Origin: an uncultured Thalassospiraceae bacterium
GTDB lineage: Bacteria > Pseudomonadota > Alphaproteobacteria > Rhodospirillales > Casp-alpha2
Assembly (NCBI GenBank): GCA_964344255.1
Contig: CAYFMQ010000016.1
Location: forward strand, 46,962 to 70,961
Length of the DNA stretch: 24,000 bases
Reading direction: 5' to 3'
In this document: piece by piece, positions 16,002 to 24,000 of the stretch
How positions within the stretch are numbered: the first letter of the stretch is position 1
How the letters are laid out: every line of letters starts with the position of its first letter
Translations under genes and position numbers: made by a program
Notes under the pieces: model-generated
Seen by the model: only the letters and a program-made list of their open reading frames with translations
Told to the model about the DNA's origin: nothing
Databases searched by the model: none

Positions 16002-17030
16002 ATGTCCGTCTTTCCCAACATCGAGATTGCCGGAAACGCCCATGAACGGGGCGTTTCCCACGGCTCCCAGTTGCGCGACCAGATCACGCAAGCCCTTGCC
16101 TTCTACCGCGAGATATTCAGGCTCCCGGACGACGTGGTGCTGGAGAGAGCCAGGCATTTCGAAGGCGTCATCAGGGATTTCAATCCGGACTACCTGACGG
16201 AGATCAACGGCATCGCCGAAGGGGCCGGGGTCGATCCGCTGTGGATCGTCGCTCTCAATGCGCGAACGGAAATCCTGTCGCTCACCAAAACAGCGGGCTT
16301 AAGCGAATGCACGTCCATGTGTTTCTCGGGCGCGCCCATCCTGGGCCAGACCTGGGACTGGGGCGAAGCGCTGGAGCCCCTGTGCGTCATGATGCGCCTC
16401 ACCCGCGAGGACGGCCATGTCATCCACATGATGACGGAGCCCGGCATCATCGGCAAAATCGGCATGAACAGCACCGGGCTGGGCGTATGCCTCAACATCC
16501 TGACCCTGGGCCAGCCGCTGGACGGCGTTCCCATCCATGTCATGCTGCGCGGTATCCTGGACAGCGCTTCCGCCGCCGATGCCGACGCCGTCATCGGTAC
16601 AGCCCCGCTCGGCAAGTCCTCCAACATCATCGTTGCCGATGGCTCAGGGGCAGGCTTCATCCGGGAATTCGCGGGCGCGGAAACCCTGACGCCGGCGGAC
16701 TACGACGGCAGCCTGGTCCACACCAACCACTACCTGGGCCGGGTCATCAATGCGCCCGACGATCCGCTCTATGAGAATTCCCGTACCCGCATGGCAACGG
16801 CCGTCGCACGGGTCACGGCCACTGAAGACCAAACAGTGGAGAGCATGATCGACATCCTCTCCGACCGTTCGGCCGGCGAATTTCCCATTTACAGGCCCTA
16901 CAAGCCCGATGACACGGTCAAGATCGTCGGCACCGTCGCCACCATCGTCATGGGTTTAGAGGAACGCGAGATGCATGTGCGCAAGGGCAACGAGGCAAAC
17001 AGTCCCTTTACACGGTTCGCGGTCGGGTGA
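16002..17030 (+). CDS. Peptidase C45 / acyl-CoA:6-APA acyltransferase (AAT)-family Cys-Ntn hydrolase
   Basis: 342 aa, ...GVSHGSQLRDQI...YLTEINGIAEGAGVD...ALNARTE...GLSECTSMCFSG...GQTWDW... The candidate nucleophile Cys103 sits at the position of the AAT autoprocessing site. ATG lies 5 nt after the purQ stop. Confidence 0.78.
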   Translation: MSVFPNIEIAGNAHERGVSHGSQLRDQITQALAFYREIFRLPDDVVLERARHFEGVIRDFNPDYLTEINGIAEGAGVDPLWIVALNARTEILSLTKTAGLSECTSMCFSGAPILGQTWDWGEALEPLCVMMRLTREDGHVIHMMTEPGIIGKIGMNSTGLGVCLNILTLGQPLDGVPIHVMLRGILDSASAADADAVIGTAPLGKSSNIIVADGSGAGFIREFAGAETLTPADYDGSLVHTNHYLGRVINAPDDPLYENSRTRMATAVARVTATEDQTVESMIDILSDRSAGEFPIYRPYKPDDTVKIVGTVATIVMGLEEREMHVRKGNEANSPFTRFAVG

Positions 17031-17182
17031 TTCCTGAAAACAACAGAAAACGACGGGGTGATTAGTGGCTTATATGACACTTTTTCGCCAACAGACCCAC
17101 AAAATATAGTAAATTTTAAGTAAATCAGTATACTATTGTCTTCATAGCGATTCGCACCTGGAGAGGCGCAAACGACCCTGTG

Positions 17183-18397
17183 ATGACGACGAAACCGGCC
17201 CATTCCACTTTCTCTTTATTCTCGTTACAACGTTCAGCCGGTTTCCGCCTGACGATCCCTGCCGTCCTGTTTCTCGGCGCAGCCCTTGTCCCGGTTGACG
17301 CACCCCGGGCGGATGGCCTGTACCTGGGCGGCGGCGTCGGCATCAACATGGCCTCGGACGCCGACGTGACGGGAAGCGGCATCGACACCACCATCGAGTT
17401 CGATACCGGCCCCATCGCGATGATCGCCGCCGGTTATGCTTTCGATAACGGTTTCAGGAGCGAACTTGAACTGGCCCAGCGCTGGAACGATGCCGAAACC
17501 GTGGGCAGCGCTTCCGGTTCAGGCGACACCACGGCGTTAAGCGGCATGGTCAACGTGCTCTATGATTTCACGACCGATGGCGACATGACTCCTTATGTGG
17601 GCGCCGGCCTGGGCGCGGCGCAGATCGAGGACAGCGGCATCGCCTCTGTCAGCAGTTCCTCCATCAGCGACGACGATACCGTCTTCGCCTACCAGGCCCT
17701 GGCGGGCTTATCCTACGGTCTCGGCGATTTCTGGTCCCTGACGGCCGATTACCGGTATTTCGCCAGCGACGACGTTTCCCTCTCCACGGCGTCCAGCGTA
17801 GCGGTGGAACAGGAATACGCCAGCCACTCGATACTTGTAGGTCTCAGGTTCGAACTCGGCGGCTCCAGCAGCGCCATGCCGGAAACCGGCAATGAAACCA
17901 TGGCCCAACCCGCCGCTGAAAGCACTGATGACACTGTTAGCGCCGGAATGGCAGAAGCGCCGACATCCGATGCGGAAACTGAGATGGAAACGGACAGCGC
18001 TGCTGACGACGCCGCCTCAGACGCATCGCAAATTGCCGCAGCGCCGGCAGCGCCCGGATTTCCCCGCGCCTATCGCATCCTGTTCGATTGGGATAAGAGC
18101 ATCCTGAATCCGCTCGCCCTCAACACCATCGCCGATATCGCCATGAACGCCACCGAAGGTGAAATCATCCGCATCAGCGCGACCGGCCATGCCGACCGTT
18201 CCGGCCCGGAAGACTATAACGAGGGCCTCTCGAAACGGCGGGCGGAAGAGGTGCAAAAGGCCCTGGTCAGACTGGGCATCCCGGCGGAACGCGTCGTTAT
18301 CGACTGGCGCGGTGAACGCGAGCCGGTTGTTCAAACGGCAGACGGCGTACGAAACCAGGATAACCGCCGGGTCGAAATCATCTTCGCTGACCAGTAA
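17183..18397 (+). CDS. OmpA-family outer-membrane protein (N-terminal beta-barrel, acidic linker, C-terminal OmpA_C peptidoglycan-binding domain)
   Basis: ATG 17183; GTG 17180 is also possible. Signal-like LTIPAVLFLGAALVPVDAPRADG. Alternating aromatic/Gly strands ending YRYF...LVGLRFELG. C-terminal ILFDWDKS...ATGHADRSGPEDYNEGLSKRRAEEV...NRRVEIIF. Confidence 0.85.
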   Translation: MTTKPAHSTFSLFSLQRSAGFRLTIPAVLFLGAALVPVDAPRADGLYLGGGVGINMASDADVTGSGIDTTIEFDTGPIAMIAAGYAFDNGFRSELELAQRWNDAETVGSASGSGDTTALSGMVNVLYDFTTDGDMTPYVGAGLGAAQIEDSGIASVSSSSISDDDTVFAYQALAGLSYGLGDFWSLTADYRYFASDDVSLSTASSVAVEQEYASHSILVGLRFELGGSSSAMPETGNETMAQPAAESTDDTVSAGMAEAPTSDAETEMETDSAADDAASDASQIAAAPAAPGFPRAYRILFDWDKSILNPLALNTIADIAMNATEGEIIRISATGHADRSGPEDYNEGLSKRRAEEVQKALVRLGIPAERVVIDWRGEREPVVQTADGVRNQDNRRVEIIFADQ

Positions 18398-18430
18398 CGC
18401 CTGTTTTACTTATCGCAGATTGTGTAGCGA

Positions 18431-19237
18431 ATGCTGTTTCCGCTCTACGATTCCAACCCCAGGCACCGAATTCCATTCCAGTTCGTCACCGTGGCGATCA
18501 TCGTTACATGTGTCTGCGCCTTCCTGTGGCAGCTATCTTTGGGGAACGAAGCCGCCGCCCGGGCGATATACGGTCTGGGCTCCATCCCCGCCGTTCTGTT
18601 CGGCATTAAGGACCTGCCGCCCGACCTGGCCCTGATACCACCCTATGCCACGCTGGTTACGTCCATGTTCCTGCATGCGGACTGGATGCACCTGATCGGC
18701 AACATGGTTTTCCTGTGGGTGCTCGGCGACAATGTGGAAGACGCCATGGGCCATGCCCGTTTTGTCGCCTTCTATGTTCTCTGCGGCCTGGCGGCGGCGT
18801 TCAGCCACGCGGGTCTCGACCCCCAGTCCACCACACCCATGATCGGCGCGTCCGGGGCGATTTCCGGCGTGATCGGCGCTTACCTGCTGTTGCACCCAAA
18901 GGCCTCCATCCACGTGCTGGTCGGATACTTCGTTGTTGGCTTGCCGGCATGGATCGTGCTCGGTTTCTGGATTGGTTTGCAATTCGTCAATGTGGCCCTT
19001 GGCGGGGGCGGCAACGTGGCCTGGTGGGCGCACATCGGTGGCGCCGTCGCCGGAGTGCTGCTGATTCCCTTCTTCCGCTTTCCGGATGTACCGCTGTTGG
19101 ACGGCATGGGGAAGACATCGACTACGGGCGAACCAAAACGCCCCGCTGCCCAGCCCAGGCCAACGGGACCCAAGGGTATCCGCATCATCAGGGTTCCCGG
19201 AAAAGGCTCACGCAACAAACGCGGCCCCTGGGGCTAG
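18431..19237 (+). CDS. Rhomboid-family intramembrane serine protease
   Basis: 268 aa, with HADWMHLIGNMVFLWVLGDNVE, the catalytic GASGAISGVIGAY, and WAHIGGAVAG (His). Basic C-terminal tail. Confidence 0.9.
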   Translation: MLFPLYDSNPRHRIPFQFVTVAIIVTCVCAFLWQLSLGNEAAARAIYGLGSIPAVLFGIKDLPPDLALIPPYATLVTSMFLHADWMHLIGNMVFLWVLGDNVEDAMGHARFVAFYVLCGLAAAFSHAGLDPQSTTPMIGASGAISGVIGAYLLLHPKASIHVLVGYFVVGLPAWIVLGFWIGLQFVNVALGGGGNVAWWAHIGGAVAGVLLIPFFRFPDVPLLDGMGKTSTTGEPKRPAAQPRPTGPKGIRIIRVPGKGSRNKRGPWG

Positions 19238-19250
19238 GTATATACTAGAA

Positions 19251-20495
19251 CTATGGCTCTTCCGGTTTGCCGGGTGATTTCCTGTAGATCATTTCCAGCA
19301 TGACCGGCGTGACGACTGTCGTCAGGATCGCCATGACGACAATGGCCGAAAACAGGTTCTCCAGAATGGGCGAGGTGACCCCCGGCAGGGAAAAAATACC
19401 GGCTTTCAGCGCTATGTCGGCGATCACCAGTTCAACGGCGCCCCTGGCGCTCATCCCAACCCCGACGGCAGCCGACTCCCTGCCCGGCAGCCCCATGATC
19501 AGGGCAGCCAGTCCGCCGCCGACGAACTTACCGACAAAAGCCATCACGACGAGGACGAACAGGAAGAAAGGAACTTCGGTGAAGGCGGAGAGTTGCAGGT
19601 TGAGGCCGATGGAAGCGAAAAAGATCGGCGCCAGGAAACCGAACGTCATGCCGGAGACCTTGGAGCGCACATTCTCGTAAGTCGTATTGTCGACGGTCTT
19701 GCGCCCGAAAAAGACACCGGCGATGAAAGCGCCCAGAATAAAGTGCAGGTCCAGCATTTCCGCCAGAACGGAGAAGGCCAGCGCGGCGATCAGCACGAAA
19801 CTGAAACCAGGTTCCTTCACCCTGAATTTTTTCAGGAAACGTCCCCCCAGCGGGAACATGAAAAATCCGATGACGAGGGTGATCACAAAGAACGCCACGA
19901 TATTCAGGGCAATGGCGGCCAGGTCCGCCAACTCCGGCGTCTGTCCCGCCGAGATCAGGGCCGTCAGCCAGGCCAGTAACAACAAGCTGATGATATCGTC
20001 GAACACGGCAGCCGAAACGATGATCTGTCCCGCGGGAGAATCCAGTTTTCCCAGGTCTATGAGGATTCGGACGGTTGCGGGAACCGCCGTGATCGCCAGC
20101 GCGGTTCCGATAAACAGGGCTTGAATGATCCGGTATTCGGATTCGGGCAGGAAATACAAACCCATGCCAACCCCTAAGATGAGCGGCAGAACCATACCGC
20201 CGATCGCCACAACCACGGATTTGGCCGAATGCTGGAGAATCTTTGAGGGCTTCATTTCAATCCCGGCATAGAGCATGAGAAAGAACATGCCGAGATTGGT
20301 GATGGCGTCGAAAACCTCGTTACCTTCCAGCTCGGCAAGCGTCGGCAGAAGCTCGGCATGCTGGGCGATGATGGCGCCCAGCACCACGCCGGATACAAGC
20401 TCTCCGACCAGCGAAGGTTGACCGGCGCGCGCCGCCAGTTCGCCGAAGGCGCGGGTAATAACCAGCAAAACAAGCAATACATAGAACAGGTCCAC
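19251..20495 (-). CDS. Cation:proton antiporter (CPA2 / Na_H_Exchanger family, no TrkA/KTN domain)
   Basis: 414 aa with a GTG start and AAAGG about 8 nt upstream. The N-terminus MDLFYVLLVLLVITRAFGELAARAGQPSLVGELVSGVVLG is typical of Kef/NapA-type antiporters. About 12 hydrophobic segments. Confidence 0.85.
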   Translation of the reverse strand: MDLFYVLLVLLVITRAFGELAARAGQPSLVGELVSGVVLGAIIAQHAELLPTLAELEGNEVFDAITNLGMFFLMLYAGIEMKPSKILQHSAKSVVVAIGGMVLPLILGVGMGLYFLPESEYRIIQALFIGTALAITAVPATVRILIDLGKLDSPAGQIIVSAAVFDDIISLLLLAWLTALISAGQTPELADLAAIALNIVAFFVITLVIGFFMFPLGGRFLKKFRVKEPGFSFVLIAALAFSVLAEMLDLHFILGAFIAGVFFGRKTVDNTTYENVRSKVSGMTFGFLAPIFFASIGLNLQLSAFTEVPFFLFVLVVMAFVGKFVGGGLAALIMGLPGRESAAVGVGMSARGAVELVIADIALKAGIFSLPGVTSPILENLFSAIVVMAILTTVVTPVMLEMIYRKSPGKPEEP

Positions 20496-20645
20496 GGCGA
20501 CGCCTTTCGTTCTTGCCGTTATGCGCTCTACCCAAAACTATACATTGCTAAAGTAGCGAGCAAAGAAGTAATGGTTTGGATCTAAAAAAACTCCAGCCGC
20601 GAAGCCGCTTTGCCCGTGGCGTTATCCGGGAGAACCTGCGCCGCC

Positions 20646-21536
20646 ATGTCTCTGACCGCCACCACCTCGCGACTGCTCGGAACGGCGCCACCAACGCTGC
20701 TGTTGATCATTTCCATCGTATCGGCACATCTGGGCGCGGCATTCGCCTATTTCCTTTTCCCGCTGATCGGCCCCTTGGGCACGGTCTCGCTCAGGTTGCT
20801 GTTCTCGGCGCTGATCCTGATCCTGCTGACCAAACCGGCGCTGGAGTCATTACGCCATAAGAACGGCTGGATGATCATCATCTACGGTCTGCTCATGGCG
20901 GCCATGAATTCATGTTTCTATGCCTCCATCGACCGCATTCCACTGGGCATTGCGATCACCATCGCCTTCATGGGGCCGCTCGGGCTTTCCACCCTGATGT
21001 CGAGGCGCTTCCTGGACTTCCTCTGGGTTGCCCTGGCCATTGCCGGCGTCCTGCTGCTCACACCCGACATCGGTGATTCCCTCGATCCCATCGGATTGCT
21101 GCTGGCCGCCGGGGATGGCGTATGCTGGACCGGTCTGGTGCTGCTCAGCCCACGCATCGCCAGGTTCGCGCCGGGGAACTCCGGCCTGGCATTGGGCATG
21201 AGTGTCGCGGCTCTGGCCATGCTCCCGATGGGCCTGAAGGAAGCCCCGGTCATCATCGCCGACCCCATCATTCTGCTCTATGGTTTCGGTGTCGCCATGT
21301 TGTCGACGACCGTCACCTTCGGTCTGGAATACGAGGCGCTCAAGCGTCTGTCGGCTCGTCTTTACGGCCTGATCATCTCGCTTGAACCGGCTTCCGCCGC
21401 CATTCTCGGCGTCATCGTACTCAGCCAAAGCCTCAACCTGCAGGGCATGATGGCCGTCGCCTGCGTTTCCCTGGCCGCCGCCGGGGCGACTCTGACAAAG
21501 CAACGCGATGACGAAAAACCGCCGTCCCAAGAGTGA
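20646..21536 (+). CDS. EamA/DMT-family exporter (RhtA-like)
   Basis: Trimmed to ATG 20646; the track uses TTG 20610. 296 aa, PPTLLLIISIVSAHLGAAFAYFLFPLIGPLGTVSLRLLFSALILILL, resembling the RhtA N-terminus. Ten hydrophobic segments in two repeats. Confidence 0.82.
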   Translation: MSLTATTSRLLGTAPPTLLLIISIVSAHLGAAFAYFLFPLIGPLGTVSLRLLFSALILILLTKPALESLRHKNGWMIIIYGLLMAAMNSCFYASIDRIPLGIAITIAFMGPLGLSTLMSRRFLDFLWVALAIAGVLLLTPDIGDSLDPIGLLLAAGDGVCWTGLVLLSPRIARFAPGNSGLALGMSVAALAMLPMGLKEAPVIIADPIILLYGFGVAMLSTTVTFGLEYEALKRLSARLYGLIISLEPASAAILGVIVLSQSLNLQGMMAVACVSLAAAGATLTKQRDDEKPPSQE

Positions 21537-21627
21537 CGGCCACCTCAGCGGTTCTCCATTTAAGAGTCACCATCCCCTGACATCATTGGTATACTCAAAC
21601 GAGAAAAAAACACAGGGAGACTTTCTC

Positions 21628-22431
21628 ATGTTCAGAATGCTGGAAATCACCGCCATTGCCTTACTCGTGCTCATTGCCCTGCCGTTCACAGGAGCGCTGG
21701 CCGAAGTCAAAACCGAGGAAGTGACATACACGCTCGGTGGCAAGGAGTTCACCGGCTACATGGCCTGGGATGACGCCATTTCCGGCGAACGCCCCGGCGT
21801 TATCGTGGTGCACGAATGGTGGGGCCATAACCCTTATGCACGCAAGCGCGCCGAACTACTGGCGGCGCGCGGCTATACGGCCTTCGCACTCGATATGTAC
21901 GGCACAGGCAAGCTTGCCAGCCACCCCGGTGACGCCAAGTCGTTTATGACGGAATCCATCGAAACGGCGAACCGTGTCGGCGCGCGTTTTGGCGTAGCCC
22001 TTGATATCCTGCGGGATCATCCGACGACGAACCCCGATAAAACCGCCGCCATCGGTTACTGCTTCGGCGGCATGGTCGTCCTCAACGCAGCCCGCATGGG
22101 CTTCGATCTGGATGGCGTGGTCAGCTACCACGGCAATTTATCAGCGCTGGAACCCGCCGGCCCCGGCATGAAGCGGGTCAAGGTCATGGCCTTTAACGGC
22201 GCCGACGATCCGTTCGTCAGCGCCGAAGCCATCCAGGGTTTCAAGGACGAAATGGAAGCTGCCGGCGTTGATTATGAATTCGTCAACTATCCCGGCGCTG
22301 TGCACAGCTTCACCAATCCTGGCGCTACAGCCGTGGGGGAGCAGTTCGAACTGCCGCTCGCCTATAATGCCGAAGCGGATGGCGATTCATGGATGCAGAC
22401 CATGCATTTCTTCAGGAAAATTTTTAACTAG
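21628..22431 (+). CDS. Dienelactone hydrolase-family protein with signal peptide
   Basis: Trimmed to ATG 21628, with AGGGAGA 7-8 nt upstream. 267 aa, signal MFRMLEITAIALLVLIALPFTGALA. VVHEWWGHN, the IGYCFGG nucleophile motif, and GAVHSF. Confidence 0.85.
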   Translation: MFRMLEITAIALLVLIALPFTGALAEVKTEEVTYTLGGKEFTGYMAWDDAISGERPGVIVVHEWWGHNPYARKRAELLAARGYTAFALDMYGTGKLASHPGDAKSFMTESIETANRVGARFGVALDILRDHPTTNPDKTAAIGYCFGGMVVLNAARMGFDLDGVVSYHGNLSALEPAGPGMKRVKVMAFNGADDPFVSAEAIQGFKDEMEAAGVDYEFVNYPGAVHSFTNPGATAVGEQFELPLAYNAEADGDSWMQTMHFFRKIFN

Positions 22432-22452
22432 CGCCACCTTCACGATGCGAAT

Positions 22453-22498
22453 CCTGAACGGCGGGAAAAGTTTTATAAATGGCCTCCCCGCCTTCAGG
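22453..22498. terminator. Long imperfect hairpin between convergent genes (possible bidirectional terminator)
   Basis: CCTGAA(C)GGCGGG (22453-22465) pairs with CCCGCCTTCAGG (22487-22498). That is 12 bp with one bulge and a 21-nt loop. No U-tract on either strand, so this is not a canonical intrinsic terminator. Confidence 0.3.
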
Positions 22499-22517
22499 AG
22501 CCGTCCCGGCCAAGCAA

Positions 22518-23021
22518 TCAACGGGGCATCAGGGATAAATCCGTATCGCCCGTTTCGATACCAGCCGATGTCAGCATGGCGTGAACCTGGCCCCGGTGAT
22601 GGGTCTGGTGGTTGAACATGTGTGTGACGAGTTCCCACCGGGGGGCTGATAACTGTCCGCCGCCGCCGACAGGGAGCCAGACCAGATCGCCTTCCAACCA
22701 GTCGGCGCTCATGCCCACGGCCCAGTCTAGGATCATCTTATCGAAAGCAATCCTGTCAACCTTCAGGTTCTGCCATGTGCCTGATTCCCTTATGGAATCG
22801 GGAATGCTAACGGCATTGGGCAGGGCCGTTCCCGAGAACCGATGCATCCAGATCCGGTCCGCCCACAGCAAATGATTGAGGGTCCCTTCGATGGAACGGA
22901 AGAAGGCGCCGCGGTCCTCCCGGCGCGCTTCATCCGTCAGCTTATCTGCGCCGTCGTAGAGCGCTTCGTTCTGCCAACGGTTATAGCGGGCCATCAGACG
23001 GACATGATCGGGTGAAATCAT
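22518..23021 (-). CDS. DinB-family (four-helix-bundle metalloenzyme-like) protein
   Basis: Track ORF 22518..23237 trimmed to ATG 23021, with AAGGAAAG upstream. 167 aa, MISPDHVRLMARYNRWQNEAL...GTLNHLLWADRIW...HMFNHQTHHRGQVHAML. Confidence 0.85.
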   Translation of the reverse strand: MISPDHVRLMARYNRWQNEALYDGADKLTDEARREDRGAFFRSIEGTLNHLLWADRIWMHRFSGTALPNAVSIPDSIRESGTWQNLKVDRIAFDKMILDWAVGMSADWLEGDLVWLPVGGGGQLSAPRWELVTHMFNHQTHHRGQVHAMLTSAGIETGDTDLSLMPR

Positions 23022-23100
23022 CGAAACTTTCCTTGCTCCCAGGGCGTAAATCCCCAAAGTCCGGCGTTGCTTATCGGGCGCTATCTGGTATGAAGACGCC

Positions 23101-24000
<900 letters not shown>

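Noticed and set aside
19234-19253. Palindromic-looking CTAGGTATATACTAG spanning the convergent rhomboid and antiporter stop codons
   Set aside because: Only 4 bp pair at the ends. The inner GTATATAC is an 8-bp AT-rich palindrome with no stable stem and no U-tract, so it is not a credible terminator.

Overview
This is a moderately GC-rich chromosomal segment, probably alphaproteobacterial, because it encodes a DUF1476/zeta-type F1-ATPase inhibitor, a family described only from Alphaproteobacteria.

- **Left end:** a full urease cluster lies on the minus strand in the order ureD-A-B-C-E-F-G. ureG is cut by the window edge, and the ureC/E/F/G junctions have overlapping stop and start codons.
- **4.5-8.3 kb:** a 397-bp AT-rich divergent control region separates the urease genes from a DASS/SLC13-like permease. 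The permease is tightly coupled to a tandem universal stress protein. A class II cyclic-nucleotide phosphodiesterase-like MBL hydrolase follows.
- **8.3-13.0 kb (all minus strand):** this is the least ordinary part. It holds a class I glutamine amidotransferase, a receiver-receiver protein with no output domain, one polypeptide made of three RidA/YjgF domains, and an ORFan. Upstream on the same strand, separated from the ORFan by a terminator-like double hairpin, a CheY-like regulator appears co-transcribed with the zeta inhibitor.
- **Right half:** an NRDE/TANGO2-like protein, then purC-purS-purQ with a C45/AAT-family Cys-Ntn hydrolase 5 nt after purQ. These are followed by an OmpA-family protein, a rhomboid protease, a CPA2 antiporter, an EamA/RhtA-like exporter, a secreted dienelactone hydrolase, a DinB-family protein and the 5' part of purL. 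purL is open at the window edge and absent from the ORF track.

I saw no rRNA, tRNA, CRISPR, transposase, integrase or phage genes, and no recognisable defence system. The best candidate for something undescribed is the triple-RidA / tandem-receiver / amidotransferase / ORFan cluster. That rests only on domain architecture and gene order. All family calls come from motif recognition by eye, with no database search.
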